Below, one piece after another: positions 45,851-54,585 of a DNA stretch of 59,281 bases. The stretch lies in NCBI GenBank assembly GCA_021817905.1, contig JAKAFM010000004.1, forward strand, positions 1 to 59,281, in the 5' to 3' direction. Source of the stretch: a bacterium. GTDB lineage: Bacteria; Patescibacteriota; Microgenomatia; UBA12405. A program made the translations under genes and the position numbers. Numbering within the stretch: position 1 is the stretch's first letter; the number at the start of each line of letters is the position of its first letter. The notes under the pieces were generated by a model. That model ran no database searches, was not told the DNA's origin, and saw only the letters and a list, made by a program, of their open reading frames with translations.

Positions 45851-47083
45851 TCACGGCTCCAGTTCTTTAACGCCACCAAAACTAATACGATCAGGAGCTA
45901 AATTTTTGGCGGTAAGCATTAAGGCGGGAGTGATGACAAAATTTCCCCATTTTCGGTTAATAGTATCAATAGTATTGACTAATCGATTTTTTTTGACAAC
46001 ATCACTGAATAAGTCAAGCTGAAAACTATTGACTTTGGCCAAATCAAAAACAGTTACTGAAACGGTGGCCACCGGTTTTTTGGTGGGGGTGGAAGTTAAC
46101 AAAAAGAAAGCGCGGCGATAGATATCGTGGGCTGAGGAAAGGAGTCGCGGATTACGATGACTCTGGTGCCAAAAGGTATGGTCACGATAAAGAAGCGCCA
46201 AATGAACCCCATAGGCAGAAAAACCGGCCAAGCGCATACGAAAACTACATTTTTCAATCAATTTGGAAAGAATGGGGGCTAACTCCTGAGGAGTTGACAG
46301 CGATTGAGGAAGAGAAAACATGTTCCCAAATGATTTTCGGCCAGTATCAATATCATCAACCTCCCAACCATGGAGCCGTAAAAACCAATAATAACCGTTG
46401 ACAGAATGAAAAGCTGACCGAAGTTGAGTGATAGGGGCATGGTAAAAATCAAGAACCGTATAGATGCCAGCGCTATTAAGACGGACAGTATTAGCTTTTT
46501 TGATGCCCGTAATATCCATTAGGGTTAGCCGCTTGTAAATCTTTCTAAAATTAGTACTATTGATTTCATTAAGGCCGTCGGGCTTCTTGAGGCCAGCACC
46601 CATTTTTGCCAGGAAACGATTGGGGCCAATACCAATGGAAACAGTGAGCCAATCACCGATAGTTGCTTTAATGCGATGCTTTATCTCAGTGGCGACATTT
46701 TTTAGACCCCGATTAAGCCCAGAGTAACCACTAAAGTTGATCGCAAACTCATCGATTGATTTGGCGATAACATCGGATGAATATTCAAGCAGTAATTTTC
46801 TTAACTTAAGGTGAATATAGCGATATTTATTGGGATCAGGCCCGAGAATTTTAAGGTTTGGACATATTTTCTGGCCATCCTTGACACGCATGCCGACTTT
46901 AACTCCGAGTTTTTTGGCTTCAATTGAGGGTGCCAGAATACACCCCGAGGGGGTTGGGTAAGCAGCAACAGCAATGGGAAGCCCACGCAAAAAAGGATTG
47001 GCTTGTTGTTCAATGGTAGCGAAACAGGAATTTAGATCGACGTGCATTATGGTGGGAGGATTCTGGTTAAAGTCCATTATCAA
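45851..47083 (-). CDS. dinB: Y-family DNA polymerase IV
   Basis: HVDLNSCFATIE, SIEAKKLGV, SIDE, SIGIGPNRFLAK, KKPDG; beta-clamp-like motif QLDLF. Confidence 0.92.
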   Translation of the reverse strand: MIMDFNQNPPTIMHVDLNSCFATIEQQANPFLRGLPIAVAAYPTPSGCILAPSIEAKKLGVKVGMRVKDGQKICPNLKILGPDPNKYRYIHLKLRKLLLEYSSDVIAKSIDEFAINFSGYSGLNRGLKNVATEIKHRIKATIGDWLTVSIGIGPNRFLAKMGAGLKKPDGLNEINSTNFRKIYKRLTLMDITGIKKANTVRLNSAGIYTVLDFYHAPITQLRSAFHSVNGYYWFLRLHGWEVDDIDTGRKSFGNMFSLPQSLSTPQELAPILSKLIEKCSFRMRLAGFSAYGVHLALLYRDHTFWHQSHRNPRLLSSAHDIYRRAFFLLTSTPTKKPVATVSVTVFDLAKVNSFQLDLFSDVVKKNRLVNTIDTINRKWGNFVITPALMLTAKNLAPDRISFGGVKELEP

Positions 47084-47321
47084 CCTCCGTAAGCCGCCAG
47101 ATTAAGGTGTCGGTGTCGAGGACAAGGCAGAAAAAGGCAGTGGGGGCGGCGACAGAAAAAACATGGAATAGCGTCCTCCCCTGCCGAAAGGTATGATGCA
47201 GGCCAAGCTTGACGATTTGATATTCCCGGGATTGCCATTTTAATGATAACGGAATAAGTTGTTTGGTGTAAGGATCAGAATTAAAAACAACAGCAACCGG
47301 AGTGTTGATCTTAAGACTCAT
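47067..47321 (-). CDS. Small beta-rich protein coupled to dinB
   Basis: 84 aa, MSLKINTPVAVVF...LKWQSREY...FHVFSV...LDTDTLIWRL. Overlaps the dinB start; TATACT lies 6 nt upstream. Confidence 0.7.
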   Translation of the reverse strand: MSLKINTPVAVVFNSDPYTKQLIPLSLKWQSREYQIVKLGLHHTFRQGRTLFHVFSVAAPTAFFCLVLDTDTLIWRLTEVDNGL

Positions 47322-47327
47322 ATGAGA

Positions 47328-47352
47328 AGTATACCCGAATAAAACCCGAATA
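47328..47352 (-). promoter_or_regulatory. Direct repeat TATTCGGGT twice, overlapping the -10 box of the dinB operon; candidate LexA (SOS) box
   Basis: ACCCGAATA at 47333 and 47344 on the plus strand; the minus strand reads TATTCGGGT-TT-TATTCGGGT-ATACT. Confidence 0.6.
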
Positions 47353-48531
47353 TCATCTATGGGAACGAATAGTGGCTCCGATGAATAAAATTCCGAAACT
47401 AGCGGCAATAACGCCAGTAGTAACAAATCCTGCTTGAATAGAAAATTGGGTGATAATAAAACCAACAATAAATGGACCAACAGATTGACCGATATCCATT
47501 ATTGAATGTAATGCCCCCAGAAAGCTGGTTTGTTGGGAAAGTTGCGATAATTGGGCAACATAGGCAGTGGTAGCCACAGTAGTAATAGACATGCCGATAC
47601 CAAATAAGACGCAACTTGCCATAAGTAGTGAATAGATCGATGATTGAGTAAGAAGAATCATGGCTACGGCAATAATAAAAATACCGATCGCAATAGGAAA
47701 GCGCTTGTCAATTTGATCGGCAATTTTACCGAAGAATGGCTGGGTGACAGCAATTGATAGAACCTGAACTGAAAGCAATGGCCCCATCAAGACGGCCGGG
47801 ATATTTTTTCCAAGGAGATACAGAGGAAGATAGGTTTCAAAAACACCATAGGTAAAATAGACAGCCATTTGAATGAGAGCTGTTAAAAATATTGGTCTAT
47901 TGGTAGTAAATTGTTTAAGGGTAAAGAGAAAATCAGAAAAACTCAAATGGCGGGGTAACTTATTGGAAAAATCAGTAGAATGGTTAAGTAAAATAACCAA
48001 AAAACTGACCGGAAGACTGATAATAAAAGCAGCGATATAAACAAGACGGTAATTTAGAGTGGTAGTGATGATTAGGCCACCAAGAAGCGGGGCTAGTAGC
48101 CGGCCAACTAAGGTTGAGGAATTATAGAACCCAAGACTTTGAGCTTTTTTATTTTCAAAAAGTTCAACAATAATGGAAGCGACTATCGGCCCCAAGATGG
48201 CAGTGGCCAAACCATGAAAGAAGCGAATCGGCAAGAGGAGAAGTGGATTTTGAACAGCTAAATAAAGCAATGGGGCTGTAACAAAAATAAAGGCAGCGAT
48301 CGTAAGCAGGTTTTTCTTACCCCAATTGTTGGCCAAATAACCAATAGGAAAACCTAAGATCATACCCGCTAACGGAGAGAGCGACGAAAGTAAACCTAAC
48401 AAAGCGGTGCTGGCACCAAGACTTTTGGCAAAAAGTGGTAATACCGGACTTTTAGAAATGGTGGTTGAAAAAATTCCAAAAAAGCCAAGAAGGCAGATAT
48501 AATAGACTCCTCGGGAAGATATTTTGGTCAT
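47353..48531 (-). CDS. MFS transporter
   Basis: About 12 TMs; motif A variants GYLANNWGKK and GKIADQIDKR; RFFHG. Confidence 0.9.
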   Translation of the reverse strand: MTKISSRGVYYICLLGFFGIFSTTISKSPVLPLFAKSLGASTALLGLLSSLSPLAGMILGFPIGYLANNWGKKNLLTIAAFIFVTAPLLYLAVQNPLLLLPIRFFHGLATAILGPIVASIIVELFENKKAQSLGFYNSSTLVGRLLAPLLGGLIITTTLNYRLVYIAAFIISLPVSFLVILLNHSTDFSNKLPRHLSFSDFLFTLKQFTTNRPIFLTALIQMAVYFTYGVFETYLPLYLLGKNIPAVLMGPLLSVQVLSIAVTQPFFGKIADQIDKRFPIAIGIFIIAVAMILLTQSSIYSLLMASCVLFGIGMSITTVATTAYVAQLSQLSQQTSFLGALHSIMDIGQSVGPFIVGFIITQFSIQAGFVTTGVIAASFGILFIGATIRSHR

Positions 48532-48548
48532 ATGTTAACTTCATTGTA

Positions 48549-50069
48549 TCAGGCAAAGCCCGGGAAGAAATCAGTTTTGAGATGATCTTTGGCAACACCC
48601 ATATTAGCTAAAAGTTCCTCAAAGGTGACAATCATAGAACGAGGCCCTGAAACATAAAAATAGCAATTTTGATAGTCAGGTACTTCGGTTTGAATAAGCG
48701 GGGCATCAATGCGCCCGGTTTTCCCGGTCCAACCAGGGGGGACAGTTCCACCATCACTCAGAACATAGATTGTTTTAATTCCTAATACTTTTTGGGCCTG
48801 ATTAAAAACATCGCTATAGACAACATCGTCAATAGTTTTGCTGGCATAAAAGATAGTAATATCCCGCTGTTCCTTTTTATCAATTAGGTATTTGACCATA
48901 CTTCTAAAGGGGGTGATTCCGATCCCGCCGGCAATAAAAACTAATTTCTTGGTTTTATCCTGAGGAAGGGTAAAATCCCCTGCCAACTGTCCGGCAACAA
49001 TTCGACTATCGATAGTCATATTAAGAAGCGCTTTTTTATAGGTACTGGAATTTTGGTAGAATTTTATTCCCAAACGAAGATCCGGCTCGGTTGGCGATGA
49101 GGCCAAGGTAAAATAACGTCGATTGCCACGGTCGTCGGGATTGTCGTGCTCAAGTGTCCACTCCATATACTGACCCGGTTCATAGGAAATTTTTTGGATA
49201 GGTGTAAACACAAAGTCGTAAATATCCGGTGAAAGTTGGATTTCTTTGGTGAGATTAAGCACCAGCTTAATTTTTGGACTCACTAGATATGAAAAAAGAT
49301 TGCCGGCAATAAGGGCAAGTTCCGGAGTCGAGAAAATCGGGCCAAGATGGATTTGGGGAGCAAACAAGATTCCCACCAGCCCACCATACATCATTTGCAG
49401 TTTGGCAGTTGGAGGAGTAGTTAACGGTTCGGTTAACATGACAAAGGCAAAAAATAGAATTGGAGTATCGATAACTAGATTTTTTATACCACCAAATGGA
49501 CTGACTCCCCGACTGACAGCAAAAAATACCGTCTCAATCAGAGCCACAACCAGGAAGCTTTCTATCAACCTATACCGTTTAATTTTTCTAACAATTAAAA
49601 GTCCCCCAACAAGAACAAACGGAAACATAATGGAATTACCAACCCACCAGGTAGCAGTTTGGTTAATAACCAAGGAAGTAATGACGACGGCAATAGCAAC
49701 GGGATTAAATAAGTGTTTTTTGCCAATAGCAAAGATAAATTTTGAGGCCATTGTTAAAATGGCGGCCCAGGCAAGAAAAATATAGTCATGAATGCCGGTA
49801 GGCGGGGTAATAATTAAGGCCAGAATAAGGGCGGAGATATAGAGTGATTCGTTATTAGTCGGTGACTCAAACACGGTGGCAAATACGGTGTTAGTACACC
49901 AACTAACAATAACCAGAACGGTGATTGAAGCGATGAGTGCAAGGGGGCTAAATGGGAGCAGATGAAAAATACTGAATGATAAAGCAATGGCCAATAAGAT
50001 AAGCAAAAAATAAAGTATCAGGCGATACATGGTAATGGAATTGAGAAAATTGTCGATTATTTTGAGCAT
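48549..50069 (-). CDS. RnfD/NqrB-like membrane domain fused to an FNR-type FAD/NAD(P)-binding domain
   Basis: KHLFNP and MLTEPLTTP in the membrane half; PGQY, RYFTLASSP, IAGGIGITPF and YVSGP in the soluble half. Start at the ATG at 50069. Confidence 0.88.
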   Translation of the reverse strand: MLKIIDNFLNSITMYRLILYFLLILLAIALSFSIFHLLPFSPLALIASITVLVIVSWCTNTVFATVFESPTNNESLYISALILALIITPPTGIHDYIFLAWAAILTMASKFIFAIGKKHLFNPVAIAVVITSLVINQTATWWVGNSIMFPFVLVGGLLIVRKIKRYRLIESFLVVALIETVFFAVSRGVSPFGGIKNLVIDTPILFFAFVMLTEPLTTPPTAKLQMMYGGLVGILFAPQIHLGPIFSTPELALIAGNLFSYLVSPKIKLVLNLTKEIQLSPDIYDFVFTPIQKISYEPGQYMEWTLEHDNPDDRGNRRYFTLASSPTEPDLRLGIKFYQNSSTYKKALLNMTIDSRIVAGQLAGDFTLPQDKTKKLVFIAGGIGITPFRSMVKYLIDKKEQRDITIFYASKTIDDVVYSDVFNQAQKVLGIKTIYVLSDGGTVPPGWTGKTGRIDAPLIQTEVPDYQNCYFYVSGPRSMIVTFEELLANMGVAKDHLKTDFFPGFA

Positions 50070-50070
50070 A

Positions 50071-50811
50071 TTAGACGACAAATTTACTAAATCCAGAAGT
50101 ATAGGTGGCTTGGCCATTTTTATCAATCTGGTAACCTTCGAACCCCGGAAGTTGTTCGATAAAATCGATGCCTTGAACACCCATAGCGAAGGCGGGCGTA
50201 GCAAAGCGATCAGCTTCGTAGACGTTTGGACCGATAACTGTTAGGCTGACAATATCGGTAATTAATTGACCTGATTTTTGGGGATTATATACATGTTGAC
50301 CACGGATGTAGGTTCCAGAGGTAGCAATGCCTTGGTTTGAAAGTTGGAGGACTTTGATTATTTCGTTAAAATTAAACGGGTTGCGGATACCAACTTGCCA
50401 GGGTTTATTTTCTGCATTGTGGCCATATATTTGAATGTCGCCGCCGGCATCAATGTAGCAATTTTTGACACCTTTTTGAATGAGAAGCTGGGCAGCGTTA
50501 TAAATAGCCCAACCTTTTACTAGACCAGATGGATCAAGTTGGCCACGACGTTTAATTTCAAAATAGCCATTTGATTGTATTTTTGTTTGTTGACAGAGAC
50601 TCAGGACTGTTTTCATGTCTGGGCTATAATCAGCCGCCTTTATTTTGCCAAGATTGATTTGGGATATTTCGCTCGTTGGTTTAAAAACGCTGAATTTGTT
50701 GTCTATATAGATAAAATAATCGTAGACTAGCGAAAATAGATCAGGAGAAGGATTCTTATCAGTAATCTCGACAGTAATAGGCATATCCATCATTATTTTT
50801 GTTTGTCTCAT
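50071..50811 (-). CDS. apbE: FAD:protein FMN transferase
   Basis: LDPSGLVKGWA, IDAGGDI, WQVGIRNP, IATSGTY, ADRFAT. Confidence 0.92.
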   Translation of the reverse strand: MRQTKIMMDMPITVEITDKNPSPDLFSLVYDYFIYIDNKFSVFKPTSEISQINLGKIKAADYSPDMKTVLSLCQQTKIQSNGYFEIKRRGQLDPSGLVKGWAIYNAAQLLIQKGVKNCYIDAGGDIQIYGHNAENKPWQVGIRNPFNFNEIIKVLQLSNQGIATSGTYIRGQHVYNPQKSGQLITDIVSLTVIGPNVYEADRFATPAFAMGVQGIDFIEQLPGFEGYQIDKNGQATYTSGFSKFVV

Positions 50812-50813
50812 GG

Positions 50814-51359
50814 TTAAGATGCCTGATTAAGGGCGGTTTGTAACGATTGCATGAAGGCCTGGCTGGTAAAAGTGACACTGGAGACAATTTGGACATTGGC
50901 GCTTTGGGCCTGAATAGCTTCGGAAGTTAGGATGGGGACGGCCATAGAGCTTTTTCCGGCCGAAGTGTAGTTGTCGTTAGGATATTGAAGAAAATTAATC
51001 GCGGCAATTTTGCCACCTCTAATAGCTACCTGGACCTGGACACTGCCATAAACAGCGTCGTTTACCGAGCCGGTGTAATTGCCATTTTTATATCTACCTT
51101 GTGGAGCAGGGACTCTTGTTGGCGGTGGGGCAGTTGGAACCGGTCTTTTGGTAGGGGCGGGAGTAAATGCAGGATTGTCGACGATAGTTGGGGGAGGGGC
51201 CGTGGGTACTGGCGATGACTGAATAGAAGTTACAGAATCGGAAATAGGAGAAGAAGAAATAAGCATTGAGGGTGTAGAAGCAGCTGCGTTTGATTGTTCC
51301 AAAATGGCATAGGCCACAAATGCCAGTACCACGAACGAAGAAAGAATTATTTTTTTCAT
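50814..51359 (-). CDS. Secreted/anchored FMN-binding-domain protein
   Basis: Signal anchor, Pro/Thr linker, YKNGNYTG...YGSVQVQV...AQSANVQIVSSVTFTS (SGAT position altered). Confidence 0.85.
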   Translation of the reverse strand: MKKIILSSFVVLAFVAYAILEQSNAAASTPSMLISSSPISDSVTSIQSSPVPTAPPPTIVDNPAFTPAPTKRPVPTAPPPTRVPAPQGRYKNGNYTGSVNDAVYGSVQVQVAIRGGKIAAINFLQYPNDNYTSAGKSSMAVPILTSEAIQAQSANVQIVSSVTFTSQAFMQSLQTALNQAS

Positions 51360-51368
51360 GAATGTTTG

Positions 51369-51402
51369 ATAGTAAAGGTGTTTTCTGAAAGTTAACTGAG
51401 AA
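51369..51402 (-). promoter_or_regulatory. Direct-repeat box TTCTCAG-N4-CTTTCAG plus -10 TACTAT upstream of the flavinylation operon
   Basis: On the minus strand, same 11-bp period and 10-nt spacer; a third half-site TATTCAG lies further upstream. Confidence 0.62.
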
Positions 51403-51473
51403 CAATTACTGAATATTGGCCTACTTACATCTTACATTATGCGCGATAAAACATGGGTGGGTGGGTAAATCTT

Positions 51474-51923
51474 TTAGATATCTCCGGTAGTTATTTCAAT
51501 GACAGTGACAGGTTGACCATTTACGTCAACGGTATCCCCTTGCTGATGCCCTATTAGGGCAATACCAAGCGGACTTTCGGCCGATATCCATTGAGGTTTA
51601 AGGTGGGCATCATTTTTGCCGACAAGGGTAATAACCATCTGACGATTATCGTTAGTAAAATTGACGGTTATCTGATGGCCAAAAGTAATAGTGGTATTTT
51701 GAGTGGGAATTGGCTGAACAACTGCCGCTTTCAGATCGGCCATAATTTCGGCAATTTGCGTTTGTAAGACAACGGCCCGTTCACTGTAAAAAAGATAGGC
51801 GGAATTTTCTTTTAAGTCGCCTTCGGCGGCGGCTTTGGCTCGCTCTTCGTAGGTACGGGTTAACTCAGCTTTGAGTTCTTGAAGGTTTTGCTCTAATTTT
51901 TGTTTACCTAATTTGGTTATCAT
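51474..51923 (-). CDS. greA: GreA/GreB-family transcription elongation factor
   Basis: EGDLKENSAY and ISAESPLGIALIG. Confidence 0.88.
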   Translation of the reverse strand: MITKLGKQKLEQNLQELKAELTRTYEERAKAAAEGDLKENSAYLFYSERAVVLQTQIAEIMADLKAAVVQPIPTQNTTITFGHQITVNFTNDNRQMVITLVGKNDAHLKPQWISAESPLGIALIGHQQGDTVDVNGQPVTVIEITTGDI

Positions 51924-51930
51924 TAGATTG

Positions 51931-51958
51931 TAATTCTATCAGTTTCTCGATAGAATTA
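51931..51958. promoter_or_regulatory. Inverted repeat TAATTCTATC-N8-GATAGAATTA, giving back-to-back TAGAAT -10 boxes for divergent genes
   Basis: Perfect 10-bp arms between greA and the nitroreductase gene. Confidence 0.55.
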
Positions 51959-51986
51959 AAACATTACTTTTTTAGTAGGAGTTTCC

Positions 51987-52637
51987 ATGAATACTTTTTC
52001 CGATGCCCTATTGTGGCGTTATGCAACCAAAAAATTTGACCCGACCAAAAAACTTACTCAAGAGCAGCTTGATTATTTAATGAATGCCGGACGATTGGCC
52101 CCAACCTCTTTTGGGTTACAGCCATTTAAAATTTTAGTGATTACCGACCAAAAAACAAAAGAACAATTAAGTCCAGCTGCCTTTAACCAACCACAGATAA
52201 TTGATTCGAGTGCGGTATTTGTATTGGCAGCTAACAAGAGCGGTTTAAGAGCTGAAGATGTTGATAGTTTTATAACCTTAGTAAGCCAGACTCGTGGGGT
52301 ACCGGTCGATTCATTGGCTGGTTTTCGGCAAACTTTACTTGACTTCTCAACACGAGCTACCACTGAACAGCAAATTGAGTGGATAAAAAAGCAACTTTAT
52401 ATTGTTTTGGGAGTTATCATTTCCGCGGCGGCAATGAGTGCTATCGATAGCTGTCCAATGGAAGGTTTTAATCCAAGTGAAGTTGATAAAGTGTTGGGAT
52501 TAGAGGCGTTAGGTCTAACTTCGGCTGTTTTACTGTCAGTTGGCTATCGCGCGACCGATGATAAATATAGTCAGGCGAAAAAGGTCAGGAAACCAATAAG
52601 CGAACTTTTTATACCAATAGCTACACCCGGAGAATAA
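51987..52637 (+). CDS. Nitroreductase family NAD(P)H-flavin oxidoreductase (NfsB-like)
   Basis: WRYATKKFD, LAPTSFGLQP, IDSCPMEGF, VGYR. Confidence 0.92.
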   Translation: MNTFSDALLWRYATKKFDPTKKLTQEQLDYLMNAGRLAPTSFGLQPFKILVITDQKTKEQLSPAAFNQPQIIDSSAVFVLAANKSGLRAEDVDSFITLVSQTRGVPVDSLAGFRQTLLDFSTRATTEQQIEWIKKQLYIVLGVIISAAAMSAIDSCPMEGFNPSEVDKVLGLEALGLTSAVLLSVGYRATDDKYSQAKKVRKPISELFIPIATPGE

Positions 52638-52980
52638 AAATAAAAATACCGATAATAGCTGAAATAATTGCAAGTGTTAAAACGGCGCCCGCGGCAAGAT
52701 CGCGGGCGTTCTTGGTAGCGTGATAACTAAGTTTATTTTCATCCCGGATTAAATTTGCTAATTCCTCGACACTGGTGTTAATTAGCTCGGCGGCCCATAC
52801 CAGACCAATGAGTAAAAATAAGATCATCCAATCTATAGGTGATATTTGCCAAATTACACCAGCGACAATAACACTTAAGGCTGCTACTCCGTGAACTTTC
52901 ATGTTACGTTCCTTAAATCCGGTAGTAATTCCTCTGAAAGCGAAATAAAATCCCTTAAAAAACTTTGCCAATGCAGTCAT
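52621..52980 (-). CDS. dgkA: DgkA-family diacylglycerol/undecaprenol kinase
   Basis: FYFAFRGI, ERNMKVH, ELINTSVE, ARDLAAGAV. Confidence 0.9.
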   Translation of the reverse strand: MTALAKFFKGFYFAFRGITTGFKERNMKVHGVAALSVIVAGVIWQISPIDWMILFLLIGLVWAAELINTSVEELANLIRDENKLSYHATKNARDLAAGAVLTLAIISAIIGIFIFILRV

Positions 52981-52989
52981 AAAAATAGT

Positions 52990-53676
52990 TTAATCCTTTT
53001 GGTGGTTTTTATATAGTTTAAAAAAATAGAATGATTTATCAATAAGTAGGGCGGTAATAAACCACCACAAGCCAATACAATACCCTCCCAAGACATCGGA
53101 AGGATAGTGAACGCCAAGATAAATACGGGTAAATCCAATATAAACTATGATTAAAACACAAGCGATTCCAGTGTAGAGACTAAGTTTTTTATTTCTTGTA
53201 AAATGAAACATATAAAAAGCGATAGTAGAATAAAAGACAAAAGAATTCATGGAATGACCAGAGGGAAAGGTATAGGTTGATTCGTGAATAAGTGGCGATA
53301 TGAGGGGGCGTGGGAGAGCGATGAGAGACTTTAATAGCAGGTTGATAGCAAGACCCATAGAGGTCATAATAATAAAAAGTAGGGCCTCTTTTTGGTGATG
53401 ACGGTGAATGAGAAAGATAACAATGATTAACAAACCGATGAGAGTATAGCTGGCTCCGAGATTGGTCGTCACCATGATTATTTTTGTTAAAACAGGGGTG
53501 CGTAAATGGTAAACAAAAGTAGAAATGAGCAAGTCATAATGAAAAAGTTCTTTTTCGACGACATCCCGAGCAAATTTTAGAAAGACGAATCCCACCAAGA
53601 AACTTGAGGAGATGCCGATAAGTACCTCTAGGAAGATGAGACTAATCGCATGAGTAGTAGAAAATAACTTTTTCAC
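52990..53676 (-). CDS. PAP2-family phosphatase (undecaprenyl-PP / lipid phosphate phosphatase)
   Basis: K......RP, FPSGH, TRIYLGVHYPSDV. Confidence 0.92.
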   Translation of the reverse strand: MKKLFSTTHAISLIFLEVLIGISSSFLVGFVFLKFARDVVEKELFHYDLLISTFVYHLRTPVLTKIIMVTTNLGASYTLIGLLIIVIFLIHRHHQKEALLFIIMTSMGLAINLLLKSLIALPRPLISPLIHESTYTFPSGHSMNSFVFYSTIAFYMFHFTRNKKLSLYTGIACVLIIVYIGFTRIYLGVHYPSDVLGGYCIGLWWFITALLIDKSFYFFKLYKNHQKD

Positions 53677-53876
53677 TACTTTAGTTTAGCAGTTGGCAGA
53701 GCTTTGGTACTGGGAGTTGGTGACACAGCTGAAGTGGGCACAGCTTCTATTGTCGGGATGGCCGTGGGGGCACCGAGTAAATGCCTTTTGATATTACTGG
53801 GACTAAAACTCTTAAGACTGCAGGCAGAAACAACAACAGCAGAGGTAACTAATACAGCTAGAGAATATTTTTTCAT
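53676..53876 (-). CDS. Small putative lipoprotein
   Basis: MKKYSLAVLVTSAVVVSAC lipobox and Pro/Thr tail; the stop overlaps the next start. Confidence 0.6.
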   Translation of the reverse strand: MKKYSLAVLVTSAVVVSACSLKSFSPSNIKRHLLGAPTAIPTIEAVPTSAVSPTPSTKALPTAKLK

Positions 53877-53917
53877 TTGGAAATTAATTGATAAAAAAAA
53901 TATCTGTTATTACTATA

Positions 53918-54550
53918 TCATTTTTGTTTTTGGGCGGTGAATCCAAAAACGGCACAGACTAAAGCAGTGGCAAGCAAAAATCCACCAACTACATCACTTG
54001 GCCAATGCTCCCCTAAACTAACTCGGGAAACCAACACAGCGAGTAATAAGACTCCAATCGTAAGATTTATGGCTCTAATTGATTTTTTATGGAAATGAAC
54101 GCCAGTATAATTTACAATAAGTGCAAAAAAGGTGGAGCGAAAACTGTGCCCTGAAGGATAGGATGAGCCGAGGCTGATTTGTGAGGTAGGGAGCGTGACA
54201 TGAAGATCGTTGCGATAAAATTGAAGTGGAGGGCCAGGGTGATTAAATGAGTATTTTGAGAGGAGTTCTATTGATGAGCCGATAATATAAGCAAAAGTGA
54301 GAAAAAGTCTGAGTTTATTGTTTTTAGTTGACCAGATAAAGAAAGCGATGGGGAGGGTAATAATTTCAAAATTACCTAATACGCTTAAAACGGCTAGAGG
54401 ATTGTCTAAAATAATAGGGGTTTTTCTTTGGATTAGCTTGAGAATGACAACATCAAATTGCTGAAAAGGGTGTAGGAAAAGTAGTAAGGTTCCTAGGCAA
54501 AATAAGAAGGTGGAAGTGAGTGCGAGCAACCGATAGTGCTGGGAAGTCAT
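53918..54550 (-). CDS. Second PAP2-family phosphatase
   Basis: YPSGH and SRVSLGEHWPSDV; motif 1 variant K.....PGP. Confidence 0.88.
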   Translation of the reverse strand: MTSQHYRLLALTSTFLFCLGTLLLFLHPFQQFDVVILKLIQRKTPIILDNPLAVLSVLGNFEIITLPIAFFIWSTKNNKLRLFLTFAYIIGSSIELLSKYSFNHPGPPLQFYRNDLHVTLPTSQISLGSSYPSGHSFRSTFFALIVNYTGVHFHKKSIRAINLTIGVLLLAVLVSRVSLGEHWPSDVVGGFLLATALVCAVFGFTAQKQK

Positions 54551-54585
54551 GACTCCTTTAATTTTAACAGAACTTGGGGTGGTCG

